Source: Cyanidioschyzon merolae (Eukaryota). Taken from it: a stretch of DNA of 64,000 nt. Numbering within the stretch: position 1 is the first letter of the stretch; each line of letters begins with the position of its first letter. Below are positions 10,023 through 20,235 of the stretch, in pieces. The position numbers were made by a program, and so were the translations under genes. Below the pieces are notes generated by a model. It did no database searches, was not told the DNA's origin, and worked only from the letters and a program-made list of their open reading frames with translations. The stretch is from NCBI GenBank assembly GCA_000091205.1, contig AP006496.2, one strand, 5' to 3'.

Positions 10023-11693
10023 ATGAGCGAACACTATCGAAACAGTCTGCGTTGGTGCATAGGACTACACCGAAGTTTGTTGTCGTGGCCGCAGAAACGG
10101 CCAGGTTGCCAACGCACTGGGTTGCGGTCTCCAGTGACCGGGACGCACAAAGCACCGGTTACTGCTCACTGGAAAACGCGGGATCATGAACGTGCCGTAA
10201 AGCATACTGCGTCTTTGTGGGCCGGCGGACAAAAACGGTTTCCCTGGCGCGGAGACTTTGACGTCTTGGCTCCATGCGTGCCGCTACTTCGTTTTCCCAG
10301 TTCGAAACGACAGCTTGTAGCGAGTAGACACGACGAGGCTGGAAGCGAGCACGCCCCTGCGGACCAGCACAAGTGCGAGCACATCGCCACCGTATCGTTG
10401 GAAGGAGCGCTTGCAAAAGACCCTGTCTCCACGGGCGTCTATGCCGCAGTGCAGGACCCGGAGCGCTCCACCAGCACAGAGCATACGCAGCGTGCTCCCG
10501 CGTCACCGAGCGGCACGTCGCGGAAACGACCACGGAATATGACACCATATCGACCGGTGCGCTCAGAAGTGGACTACCGAGCACTCGTCGACGACGAGCT
10601 ACCCCGTATCGTCAAGGGGCTCGGTCTTGGGCCGACGGCAGTGCTCGCGCTGGATCCGCAACATCCTGGACCGACTGAACAAGCCAAAAATGCATACCTT
10701 TCGTGGCTAACCGCTGGGTATCACGGCAGTATGGAGTACATGGCCCGGACGGATCGCATACGGCGGGCTTTGAACTACGAACAAATCCTGCCTGGTGTTC
10801 GAGCGATCGTTGTAACGACACTGTTCTACTGGCCGGGCAAGTCGGGGTTCACCGCACCCGCAGACGCCGCAACACCGAACCGAGGCACCGTCTCCTGCTA
10901 CGCGTGGGGTCAGGACTACCACCGCACGCTGGGGCAAAAGCTGAAGCAGCTCGCAGAGGAGATTCATGCATACGCAGGAGGTCAGGGGCGCTACTACGTG
11001 GACACCGGTGCTTTGCTGGAACGACATATCGGCGAAAGTGCTGGCCTGGGTTTTGTGGGAAAAAATAGTCTGCTCATTCATCCGCAGCTCGGAAGTGGCT
11101 TCTTTCTTGGGGAGGTCCTAACGACGCTGCCGCTTCCGAGCAAACGGCCGGATCTCTCTGGACGCGGTGGCTGCGGACGTTGTCGAAAATGTCGGACGGC
11201 TTGTCCAACTGGAGCGATTGTCGAAGACCGAGTTGTCGATGCTCGACGATGCATCTCTTACTTGACGATTGAACTGAAAGATGCGATTCCGGAAGAATAC
11301 CGCGAAGCGATCGGCTCCCTCATCTACGGCTGCGATATCTGCCAACAGGTATGTCCCTGGAATCAATTCGACTGGGAGGGATCACCTACGAGCCCGCTTT
11401 TCGGTGAGGTACCCCAGGATGTCCGCGAACCGGATCTCTTGGCGTTACTGGACCTGAACGAGGTTTCTTTTCAAGAACGATTCAGGGATTCACCGATACG
11501 GCGGATCGGCCTTGAGCGCCTCCAGCGGAACGTGCTTGTAGCGCTGGGTAATGTGGGGAATCCGCACCAGTCAAGAGCTCGTCTCGTTCGATTTCTTGAG
11601 GAGAATGAAAGCGAATTACTGCGAGAACATGCCCGTTGGGCGCTTGATCGCATTGAACGGCGAGAAAAAGCTGCTGCGCCTTTTGCAGGTTGA
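10023..11693 (+). CDS. queG: Epoxyqueuosine reductase QueG (bacterial type) with a ~172-aa N-terminal extension. The conserved domain starts at M173 (nt 10539).
   Basis: ATG at 10023 was verified, and an internal ATG at 10539. Near-collinear match to proteobacterial QueG: 'CGRCRKCRTACPTGAIVEDRVVDARRCISYLTIELKDAIPEEYREAIGSLIYGCDICQQVCPWN' (two 4Fe-4S CxxCxxCxxxCP motifs), 'FFLGEVLTTLPLP', 'CYAWGQDYHRTLGQKLKQL', 'GYHGSMEYMAR', and C-terminal 'SPIRRIGLERLQRNVLVALGN'. Confidence 0.85.
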   Translation: MSEHYRNSLRWCIGLHRSLLSWPQKRPGCQRTGLRSPVTGTHKAPVTAHWKTRDHERAVKHTASLWAGGQKRFPWRGDFDVLAPCVPLLRFPSSKRQLVASRHDEAGSEHAPADQHKCEHIATVSLEGALAKDPVSTGVYAAVQDPERSTSTEHTQRAPASPSGTSRKRPRNMTPYRPVRSEVDYRALVDDELPRIVKGLGLGPTAVLALDPQHPGPTEQAKNAYLSWLTAGYHGSMEYMARTDRIRRALNYEQILPGVRAIVVTTLFYWPGKSGFTAPADAATPNRGTVSCYAWGQDYHRTLGQKLKQLAEEIHAYAGGQGRYYVDTGALLERHIGESAGLGFVGKNSLLIHPQLGSGFFLGEVLTTLPLPSKRPDLSGRGGCGRCRKCRTACPTGAIVEDRVVDARRCISYLTIELKDAIPEEYREAIGSLIYGCDICQQVCPWNQFDWEGSPTSPLFGEVPQDVREPDLLALLDLNEVSFQERFRDSPIRRIGLERLQRNVLVALGNVGNPHQSRARLVRFLEENESELLREHARWALDRIERREKAAAPFAG

Positions 11694-13036
11694 GGTCTTG
11701 CGCAGCCTGCCCCCGAAATCCGCCTCTGATCACGTTGGACAGGAGCGGCGGCGACGCCAGCCACTAGCACCGAAGCAACTGAAGCAGACGCAGACCAGCG
11801 AATGTTGTTTGCCCTCGATGAGTGTGACGTGAAGAGACTGCTTTTTTTTTCTGTGTGTCGCCTAGCCGGTGATGCGCATGGCGTCCGCTGCCGCTTTCGA
11901 ACAAACATCGAGCGTCAGCGTGGTGGACTTGTGCGTGTTTGCTGCTCTCTGTATCAACCAGGCTGAATCGGCGTCCAGCTGCAGCACCACTTGGCACCGA
12001 AACCCAGGGCCACGACAGTCAGGGCATATGCCTCATCTTGAACTTGTTGTGCTTGGAAAGTTGAAGCAATTCTTGTGCTTTAGGAATTTACGCGGAGAAC
12101 CGTGTACGCACAGACTCATACATGTGTGCAGGGCGTCGTGGACTGTGTACATACTGCGCTCCATGTATAAACTCATAGAAATGTGCATGTCTATGTGCGG
12201 ATACACATCAACAAGCAATATCGTCGTGCGTACACGCGCACTATTCAAGGCAGCAACGGATGTGTGGATACGCTGTCGTATGTGCAACTGTTCAGCGAGG
12301 TTATTCGCGACCCTTTGGATATCCGTACATCCCATGCTTGTTGGAGATTCCGGTGCCTCTTCAAGTCATTCAGATCAAGTCGTGAAATCGGTGACTAACG
12401 ACAATGTCATTGGATGATCAGCGTTGAAAGAAGGATTCAGCAAGCAGCCATGGGCGGCTACTCGTCTAGTCGCTGTCGCTGTCGATACGTCCCCTTTTTG
12501 TCCACGCCGCTAATCGCTCTCCGTATGCCATGCGTTTCCTCGGACATTCTCATTGGACCTGCTGCTTGCGCCTTGCGAAACATTCCATACGCAACAGCAG
12601 GGGTCACTGTGTTCGCCACGGTGATCGAGCGCTCATCCTCAGTACCATCATCGATTCCCGACCAGCTGCTGATGCGTTACGGAAAGCGCCGCCTCACGTG
12701 ACGCTCGCGAGCGAGCCTACCTTCCAAGTGAAAGCGAACGTGCCACGCTGACTTCACCATCGCAGAGGGTGCACGTTTCCAAGACCTAGCTTGAATGCGC
12801 TGCCCTGGGCGCGCGATACACCGTTCTGTTGAACCTGCAGCACGAGCCTCGTCATTCGAGACACACATATGATGCTCGCGCATAGCGCTGAACCTGTATG
12901 CCCGCCAAGTACATGGCTCATGCTTTATGTTTGCGGAGCTTTGGCATGTATCGCAGACGAGTCGCTTCACGTCAGGTTGCAGTTGTGATCGCTCCTCGTA
13001 TCGAGAAACTCGCCACGAAACAACCCGCGCCTCTCA

Positions 13037-16000
13037 TCAAGCGTTTGCCTTGTGATCGTCCAAGCTCTGTGCACAGATCGCATGAAATTTTTTCAGAAAA
13101 CGCTCGAAATTTTCAGTTACAACATAGACACCATCATGCCTTGATACACGAACGTACGGCGGCGGATTTGTCAGAACGTACGGAAGACTATTCTGTGGAG
13201 TGCCCAGATTAAGGATTCGATTCGGAAACGGTAGACGACGCTGTCCGCAACTCCAGAACGTTAACCATGAAAAGCATGTCCGTTGTCGACGCTGTCCCGG
13301 GGTTGCACCGTCCACGCCCGTATCCAGCTCCGTCAACGGTTCCAGGATACGCTCCATGAATTCTTCGGAATCGATGTCCAGTCGCCGTGCAAGATCGCTG
13401 ACCAAGTCGAGTATGGACTCGTAGGGTTTCATGGAGCCTTCATCCTTATGATCGTTGGAACTAAAGCGACTGAGCAACATCTGATGGAGATCAGCGACGC
13501 TCACCCGCACATTATGGTGGAAACCGCGGTACAGTCCGTAAGGCAGCGCACCCGCTCTTATCACGATTTCGAGTAATTCGACGTAACGAATGTCGTGGAT
13601 TTCCGCTGGTACATTGGCCAGATGCAAATGCGCTCGACTAATCCGGATTCGTCGTCCGCGATGATCAAAGCGACTCACCGGCATGCCGAACAAGGACTTG
13701 GTGAGCAGTACCACACCCGGTAACGCGTGTTCCCGCGTCAAGAGCGCAGTCGCAAAGATGGAGGTTGCTGTAAGTTCCCCGCTAGCAAAGCGATTCCGAT
13801 ACCGAAAACCCTCGTCACCACCGACGTGTGCCTCGAAGACGCGAAGGGCAACGGTGCTGGGTACCGAAGACGGGGTTGCGTGGTTTCGGTACGCCCCGTG
13901 CTCGCGTGGAGTGTGCAGATCATCGTTTGGAGGCATCGTGGGTAGCACGTCAATGGGATGGTACACCTGCAAATGCCGAATCGGACGACGCTCGAACGGA
14001 TTCCCCAGACGCAAGTAGACTCGTCGGGGTGCGGCTGCTGGCACCATCTCTAGCGCCTGATGCCGAGACAATTCCGAGGTCACATATACATCGCACTGAT
14101 AGTGGCGCAGTAGCAGATCCAAGTTCACCATGGAAAACACTTCCAGGCCAGAGAGGGTTGTTTCTGGCTCCACGAAACCCTGAGCGGTGTCGTTGCTCAC
14201 GAGTACAATGGCATGCGCATGGGCAGCTTGCACCCGCGCAAGGTCCGATATGCGGAGCACTGAACCCGCCACATGTCTGAGCGGACCATACTTGGCTGCT
14301 ATCTCAGCAAAGTGGGACTCATTGGAAAGCGACGGGACCAGAACGAGCACTTCAAAGTTCGCTACTTTCCAGCCGTTCGGTGCCGAGAACCCCGGCTCCT
14401 GCGATGGCGCACTCGAGTCTGCGTTGACACGAACGTAACTCACGGACGACCGCAGTGCCTTGGTAAAAAGCTCCAAAAAGACCGTGCTTAGCGTTGAGCT
14501 GCAAGTCGCGAGAATAACCGTGGCCTCTTTCGGTGCCTCGTCTTCATCAACGTCATCATCAGAGTTTCGAAGTTGATCACCTGCGTCCTGCTCGCTGCCG
14601 GGCTCCGATGACTCGGACGCAGACCTTCTCGCGAAATCTGCCAAAGGGCGGCTTTCCGCAGTGGCATCCAGACTCGTCCGCTTGACGACACCAGCAGTGG
14701 CAGCTCGGGTGTCATGAGCGCGCTCGGTCGACAGCACAGACGGAAACGCAGACGCTGACACGGCCTCTTGGCGCTTTTGCGAGTCGTTGGATACCGCCGT
14801 GTTCCTGCGGCTGCGTGCTCTGCGTTGCTGGAGACGAAGCTTCTCCGCCGATGCAGCGGTATTGAGACGGCCTCGCCCGGTACCCAGCTCCACTTCGGGC
14901 AACGCAACCTCGACCAGGCCGAAACGAGTCCACCCGCTGGAGCGTGACTGCTTGCTCAACCGCGTGTTGTTGCTCGATGTGTCAGCGTCGTCCCGATCGA
15001 GGCTTTTGCGTAGCTCCCAGAGATCATCGACGGCTCTGGTGCTGTAGAGCCAGGAGATCACAGGACGAAACTGATGCCGAGCACACAGAATAAAAAGCAA
15101 CCCTCGGGTTCCTATTTTGTGCCGGGGATTGTACAGCACACGCCATGCTCCAGCCGAATCGAGTATCAGCAGCCCCGCCACCGCCACTTCAAAGCGCAGG
15201 TACAGCTCAAGTGCCAGTTCGCCGAGACGCACCCCAGCTAGCCGCTCTGGCAACGAGATTCGCCGTAACTTGTGCCGAACACCAGTCTTGTACTCAAGAA
15301 TAGACAACGAGTCGCCGAAACATAACGGTCGATCGATACGGGGATCAGCTAGCATATTCCGGACAAGCGTGGACGCCCCATTACAATGCACATTGGCTGC
15401 CAACAAGTACGCTGCAAACTCCAGCTGACAGAGCGTCCGAGTTTCGTACTCCAAGAGTCCCGCCTGTACTGCATCTTCCGTATCCCGCGGATGCTCATCA
15501 GCATCTATCAGACACTGAGTCTGGATGAAGAGATCTTCCAGCTGGCGAACTGCATAAGGCGTCTGGAAGAGGATATGCAGCGGGAGTCGCGGGTAGTGCA
15601 TGCGAACTGTGCGCGCACGAAGCACCAGCGCAGCATCGTCAGCGATACGGTGCGTTTCGGTATAGGAGTCACGCGGCTCAACGCCCGAAAATAACAGGCA
15701 CATTTCAGCGTGACCGAGGTCCACGCGACGGCGGTCATAAGCCTCATAGACATTGCCTACGAGCAAACGAACGCGATCCGTGGCTTCAGTGTGCTGGAGC
15801 ACGTGTGTTTGGGGCTCGCTCAGGTAGAGATCATCAAGGAAGATGATAAAGTACGCCAGAGCATTGCGTTGTTCCGCATAGAAGACAGAGAGTGCTGCCT
15901 CCAATTGCGGGAGAGAAGGACGACCAGTCACCACAATGTGTCGCCGGTAACCACCAGCCCGGAAGGAGCCCTTACCCTCCTGACTCATCTTGTAAATATT

Positions 16001-17416
16001 CACAATATTCGCAATGGCGTACGCAAAGTAGGCAACCATAATTACGATCACAATGGTGACGTAGATGCGAGCGACGACATTGGTGGCCACATAGTCACCG
16101 TAACCTACGGTCGTTACCGTCACGATCGTGAAGTATATGGAGGATGTTGGGGTGAAATGGTTCGATCCGCTCGCGTACTCGATGTCAAACATGAGCATAG
16201 CGATGCTGAAGACAATGGCAAAGAGGTGAATGCTCAGAGAGACGACATAACGCCCGACACGGCCGATGTACATGTGATCCTCGCGCAACATGTCCCGATT
16301 GTATATATAGAAAAAGGCTTGCACTGCCGTGATTGAACGAAGAAAATTGAAGTTCACAAAAGAAACGTTCCCAGCGGCGGATCGCAGAGCCGATGGTATC
16401 GATAAACTCTCTGCAATCGCACTCAGGGTGAAGACGTGATTTCGATAGTACGGACCCCGGTGCGGCAGCAGAAAGACTCGAAATGCGTAATCCACGGCGA
16501 ACCATAGACCTACAGGCCAATAGTAAACACGTCCAATGTAATCACGACGAAGCTCGCCCTCAACATAGAAGATCACACAAGTAGCCAGATCGATCAGGAG
16601 TCGAATCCAGCTTAACGCCAAAGTCACACGAGAGCGTTCCATGGTCATCTCGAGGCGCTCGACGAGCAGCGAATATCGCAACGAGTCCTCAGTGACTATC
16701 GGTAGACGATCGCTTACAGGAGGAATCATTCGAGACCACCAGGGTGTCATGACTTTCATACTGAGATGCAAAGCTCGGGCTCGATTCACCCAGTTTTGAG
16801 CGTCGTTGGCGTCAGCGACACGCTCTGCGACAACACCCGAAGCGCCAACATGGCGTACTACGGGACCGTCCGGGATTGCAGTGCTTTCAACGCTTTCTAG
16901 GTCTGGTTCATGCAGCGACGCGGTCGCAACTCGTCCAGCGTCCAGCTGGGCTAACGACGAGTCTACTGGAAAGTCCGGCTTTTGCGAAGCCGCCTCCAAA
17001 ACGCCACGACTCAGCTGCAGCGGGCTCGACGCGCGGTTCGTTTTGCCAGTCTCGCGCTGCAGCAGACGCTCAAGGACATCAGGTTGTTCGAACACGGCAT
17101 CGGTGTCCGCTGCAGACCCGCTGAATTGCCCCTCGTCCGCGTCTTCATATGGTTTGAGCCACGCGAACACGCTCCGATCCGTCAAGGCTGGCGGTAAAAG
17201 ATGCCTGTTGAGCCGCGAGCGTAACCATAGTGCCGCCAGACGCCCGCGGGCCCGACGTCTAGCCAACAGGCGGAGGCGGCGAAGCGCACGAAAAAGGAGC
17301 AGCAGAAGAAAAGGCTTGAGAGCGACTACACAGAAGATAATAGAGCCCCAAACAAGGGAAAAGAGCAAACCTTTTACGTCGCTCAACCGTACACTATCTT
17401 GATCAGAAGAAGACAT
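13037..17416 (-). CDS. Large (1459 aa) potassium channel: 6TM-like core with K+ selectivity filter and tandem RCK-type domains (Slo/BK-like)
   Basis: ATG at 17416 verified. Pore/selectivity filter 'FTIVTVTTVGYGDY' followed by an S6-like helix. 'RRHIVVTGRPS' Rossmann-like RCK start directly after S6. A second RCK-like segment near the C-terminus (AIVLVSNDTAQG...). Long low-complexity linkers. Confidence 0.75.
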   Translation of the reverse strand: MSSSDQDSVRLSDVKGLLFSLVWGSIIFCVVALKPFLLLLLFRALRRLRLLARRRARGRLAALWLRSRLNRHLLPPALTDRSVFAWLKPYEDADEGQFSGSAADTDAVFEQPDVLERLLQRETGKTNRASSPLQLSRGVLEAASQKPDFPVDSSLAQLDAGRVATASLHEPDLESVESTAIPDGPVVRHVGASGVVAERVADANDAQNWVNRARALHLSMKVMTPWWSRMIPPVSDRLPIVTEDSLRYSLLVERLEMTMERSRVTLALSWIRLLIDLATCVIFYVEGELRRDYIGRVYYWPVGLWFAVDYAFRVFLLPHRGPYYRNHVFTLSAIAESLSIPSALRSAAGNVSFVNFNFLRSITAVQAFFYIYNRDMLREDHMYIGRVGRYVVSLSIHLFAIVFSIAMLMFDIEYASGSNHFTPTSSIYFTIVTVTTVGYGDYVATNVVARIYVTIVIVIMVAYFAYAIANIVNIYKMSQEGKGSFRAGGYRRHIVVTGRPSLPQLEAALSVFYAEQRNALAYFIIFLDDLYLSEPQTHVLQHTEATDRVRLLVGNVYEAYDRRRVDLGHAEMCLLFSGVEPRDSYTETHRIADDAALVLRARTVRMHYPRLPLHILFQTPYAVRQLEDLFIQTQCLIDADEHPRDTEDAVQAGLLEYETRTLCQLEFAAYLLAANVHCNGASTLVRNMLADPRIDRPLCFGDSLSILEYKTGVRHKLRRISLPERLAGVRLGELALELYLRFEVAVAGLLILDSAGAWRVLYNPRHKIGTRGLLFILCARHQFRPVISWLYSTRAVDDLWELRKSLDRDDADTSSNNTRLSKQSRSSGWTRFGLVEVALPEVELGTGRGRLNTAASAEKLRLQQRRARSRRNTAVSNDSQKRQEAVSASAFPSVLSTERAHDTRAATAGVVKRTSLDATAESRPLADFARRSASESSEPGSEQDAGDQLRNSDDDVDEDEAPKEATVILATCSSTLSTVFLELFTKALRSSVSYVRVNADSSAPSQEPGFSAPNGWKVANFEVLVLVPSLSNESHFAEIAAKYGPLRHVAGSVLRISDLARVQAAHAHAIVLVSNDTAQGFVEPETTLSGLEVFSMVNLDLLLRHYQCDVYVTSELSRHQALEMVPAAAPRRVYLRLGNPFERRPIRHLQVYHPIDVLPTMPPNDDLHTPREHGAYRNHATPSSVPSTVALRVFEAHVGGDEGFRYRNRFASGELTATSIFATALLTREHALPGVVLLTKSLFGMPVSRFDHRGRRIRISRAHLHLANVPAEIHDIRYVELLEIVIRAGALPYGLYRGFHHNVRVSVADLHQMLLSRFSSNDHKDEGSMKPYESILDLVSDLARRLDIDSEEFMERILEPLTELDTGVDGATPGQRRQRTCFSWLTFWSCGQRRLPFPNRILNLGTPQNSLPYVLTNPPPYVRVSRHDGVYVVTENFERFLKKFHAICAQSLDDHKANA

Positions 17417-17649
17417 TGTCCATCAAATAGCGATGTGCAGGTGTCCATGCGGTGCTGGCTTGACAACTGAGGTGCTCAGCGGTTTCTGGTGCTCGTTCCA
17501 AGTCGGAACCCAAACGGGTCAAGTGCTGGCCTGCCGCCACAGCGGGGCGTCGGCCTCGGCGCTGATCGAAGATTATCGTTTATTGGACAGAATGCTTGTA
17601 TGGACTAGGGATGCTAGATTCCGCGATGGATAGTGACATCCAGGAACGC

Positions 17650-17905
17650 GCAGATCATTCTTGACGCTACATCCACGTTAGATTATTTATACTCGTTCTC
17701 GGAGATTCTGGTCATTTCCTGCGACAAAAAACTGCCGAGGCTGTCTTGAGCACCCGCAATAACGCCCATACAACCGGTGCGGATTCAGTACGGAGACGAA
17801 ACGGCTTCGAAATACTCCCGGGAGCGTCGGCTCGAGGCACGCTTCACTAGTCACAGAATCGGGATGCATCATCATTCTGGGAGCCTGAATCCTGCGCATA
17901 CGGAA
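17650..17905 (-). repeat. Dispersed diverged repeat, family A (copy 1)
   Basis: The reverse complement aligns with 31955-32185 (~70-75% identity by eye; shared blocks 'ttcaggctcccagaatgat..atcccgattctgtgactagtgaa', 'agccgtttYgtMtccgYactgMatccgcacc', 'aaatgaccag'). The same-orientation segment 17790-17900 aligns with 35030-35140. Confidence 0.5.
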
Positions 17906-19320
17906 GCACTGCCTGTGGAGGCGCGAAGCGATGTGCTAGGAGTCCACTGCGACCATAGCGACGCCCCTACGCAGCTTACCAGCTACGGGTCCCAGAATGA
18001 AATGCGTTTCGGACAAGCAGCCATGTATTGGCTCAGCACCCGTCAGTGCAGAAGCACACAAAGCGCTGGCCCAGAACACTCATCCGGCTCGCAGGACCTG
18101 CCTCTTAGACGTAAATGGTCGAATATACAGGGAATGTTTTCCCCTTTCATCGCTCACCATATCCATTCAAACACCAGGTTCTCGAGTTGCTAGTGCGCAT
18201 TTCGTTTCTTCGAGATTGCTCATGCACACGATTCTACCCGCCGCTGCGTCTTCTCTCCGTGCATTGCCGGGCACAGCAGCAGGCACACAGCACCCCGAGT
18301 GACATATGAACTGGGCATGCACTCCGAAGGGAAGCATGTTCAGTGACTAGCTTAACTTGGAGGTCGGATGCGGCATGATGGGCGTTTTCACTTATGTCGA
18401 TACCTTTCGCGTACAATAGCGCGTCGTCGGTTCCTCTGGGGGTTCCGTCGATCAAAAACACAGGCGCGATGCTGTGCGGGTAGCCGCGCGAAGCACTGCT
18501 TCCAAATAGCGTCAAGGCGAGATATCTTTTGATGATTGATCCACGAATCTGACCAGCAATCCCCGGGATATGCAACCGCTGCCTATACCCAGGGAAGCGA
18601 GCCCTCATGTGCTTCGGAGACCTCTGGGTCACGTGAATCACGCTCCAGTCTGACTGTCGAGAATGAGCGTTTCATTCACCAAACGAGCCTCCAAGCGTTG
18701 AATCCTAGTCCAGCACCGGACATAGCACCAGCAAACGCGGGCATCTCAGCACAGAACACGCGTATCGTGCCTGCAAAGAAGACTTCACTCGCAGGATTTG
18801 ATGTTTTTCTCACTGCATCCATCGATGGCAAGCGCCATGGTTAAATGCCTACCCGCTAGAATCTTTCCCGAGAATAGAGGATCGTTTACCATGACCAGGG
18901 ATTCCCCACTGCACGACGCTCACTGGTATCCGAGAGCGTGTCGCTTGTTCCGCACCTCACCGTCAGGGTCCATTGGCGAACCCGCTTCATCACTGTCCAG
19001 GATATGCTGGAGCATACCGAACGCAGTCAGCTGGGTACACGTGTGGGAAGCAGCCCGTCGAGAAGCGTGGCGCTGGGCGAGCTACATCTCCCGACGTGGC
19101 GGAACGGGTGCAAAGCATCCCAAAACAGCTTCCGTTCGTTGCTTGAAGCAAGTGCAGGCACCGGATACCGTTCAAAAGCGCTTTCATACGTATCACGTTC
19201 GGTTCGAAAGAGCGCTTCGTCCAAGTCGGGACTGGACGACGTTCGTGTGTTTCCGGAAGTGGAGACGCAAGTCGGCGACAATCCTTGTTTTACAGCTCCC
19301 GCAACAGTCGTAACAGCGCG

Positions 19321-20235
19321 ATGCTCCAAGCCAAAGAGGCATCGTTCGGCTCGAGCCAGCCGGTAGCTATCATAACGGGTGCATCCCGGGGGATAGGTCG
19401 GGCTATCGCCTTGACCCTTGCCGAGAGGGACCGCATGGTTCTCGTACTCGCGGCTAAGAGCCGGGTGTCTCGTGCAAACCTGCCTGGAACTGTGCAGAGC
19501 GTCGCTGACGAGTGCCTGGCTCGTGGTGCTGCTGCGGTTCTCCCGTTCCCGCTTGACGTCCGTGACGACCAAGGGATCGAGCGAATGGTGCACGAGACGC
19601 TACAGCGATTCGGTCGAATCGACGTGCTGGTGTGCAACGCTGGTGCTTTATGGTGGAAACCGGTGGCCGAGACGCCCCTCGAGCGCTTCGATCTCGTCCA
19701 TGGTGTCAACGCCCGAGGCTCGTTTGCCTGTGCCCGCGCAGTTCTGCCCGCTATGGTGCGTCAAAAGACCGGCCTCATTATAACGATGTCGCCGCCGGTA
19801 GAGCTTGACGCGCTTCCCGGAATGACCGGGTATTTGATAAGCAAGTTCGGAATGACCATGCTGGTTCACGGGCTTGGTGGCGAGCTTGCCGGCACTGGCG
19901 TCACCTCGGTGGCTCTTTGGCCAGCTACGATGGTAGAGTCTTTCGCGACGAAGAACTTCCAGCTCGGAGATCGCTCGCAATGGCGAAAAGCCAGCATTAT
20001 CGCTGATTGCGTCCACATGCTTCTCCATGACCCTGAGCGCAACGCATTGAGCGGTCGTGCGCTCATCGACGAAGACTACATGCGCTCTCGCGGTATCCGA
20101 GACTTTTCCCAGTACCGCTGCGATCCAGATGTGGAGCCAGAGCGAGCCTGGCCTCCACGCAAACCGTGGGCATCAACCGCGAAGGACCCCAGAGCGCTAC
20201 CACCTGGTGTCTCGCTAGCACCGTCCAAATTATGA
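19321..20235 (+). CDS. Short-chain dehydrogenase/reductase, HSDL2-like SDR domain (no SCP2 domain)
   Basis: Track start 19285 is TTG. ATG at 19321. 'AIITGASRGIGRAIALTLAE' (TGxxxGxG), 'LPGTVQSVADE' (cf. HSDL2 LPGTIYTAAEE), 'LDVRDDQGI', 'FGRIDVLVCNAGA', 'ITMSPPV', catalytic 'YLISKFGMTMLVHGLGGE' (YxxxK), 'ALWPATMVES'. These are collinear with the human HSDL2 N-terminal domain. Confidence 0.85.
   Translation: MLQAKEASFGSSQPVAIITGASRGIGRAIALTLAERDRMVLVLAAKSRVSRANLPGTVQSVADECLARGAAAVLPFPLDVRDDQGIERMVHETLQRFGRIDVLVCNAGALWWKPVAETPLERFDLVHGVNARGSFACARAVLPAMVRQKTGLIITMSPPVELDALPGMTGYLISKFGMTMLVHGLGGELAGTGVTSVALWPATMVESFATKNFQLGDRSQWRKASIIADCVHMLLHDPERNALSGRALIDEDYMRSRGIRDFSQYRCDPDVEPERAWPPRKPWASTAKDPRALPPGVSLAPSKL

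Noticed and set aside
8773-10034. Minus-strand ORFs 8773-9372 (199 aa) and 9333-10034 (233 aa)
   Set aside because: The first is antisense to the transposase relic. The second has no domain and low-complexity composition. Neither is supportable as a gene from sequence alone.
10023-11693. Possibility that the QueG region or the whole window is bacterial
   Set aside because: Flanking genes are unambiguously eukaryotic: NIP7, Sec1/Munc18, an SF3a2-type finger, N-glycosylated ectodomains, polyQ/polyS tracts, a Fanzor gene with intron-like interruptions. The QueG ORF itself carries a eukaryote-style N-terminal extension in continuous sequence with its neighbours.
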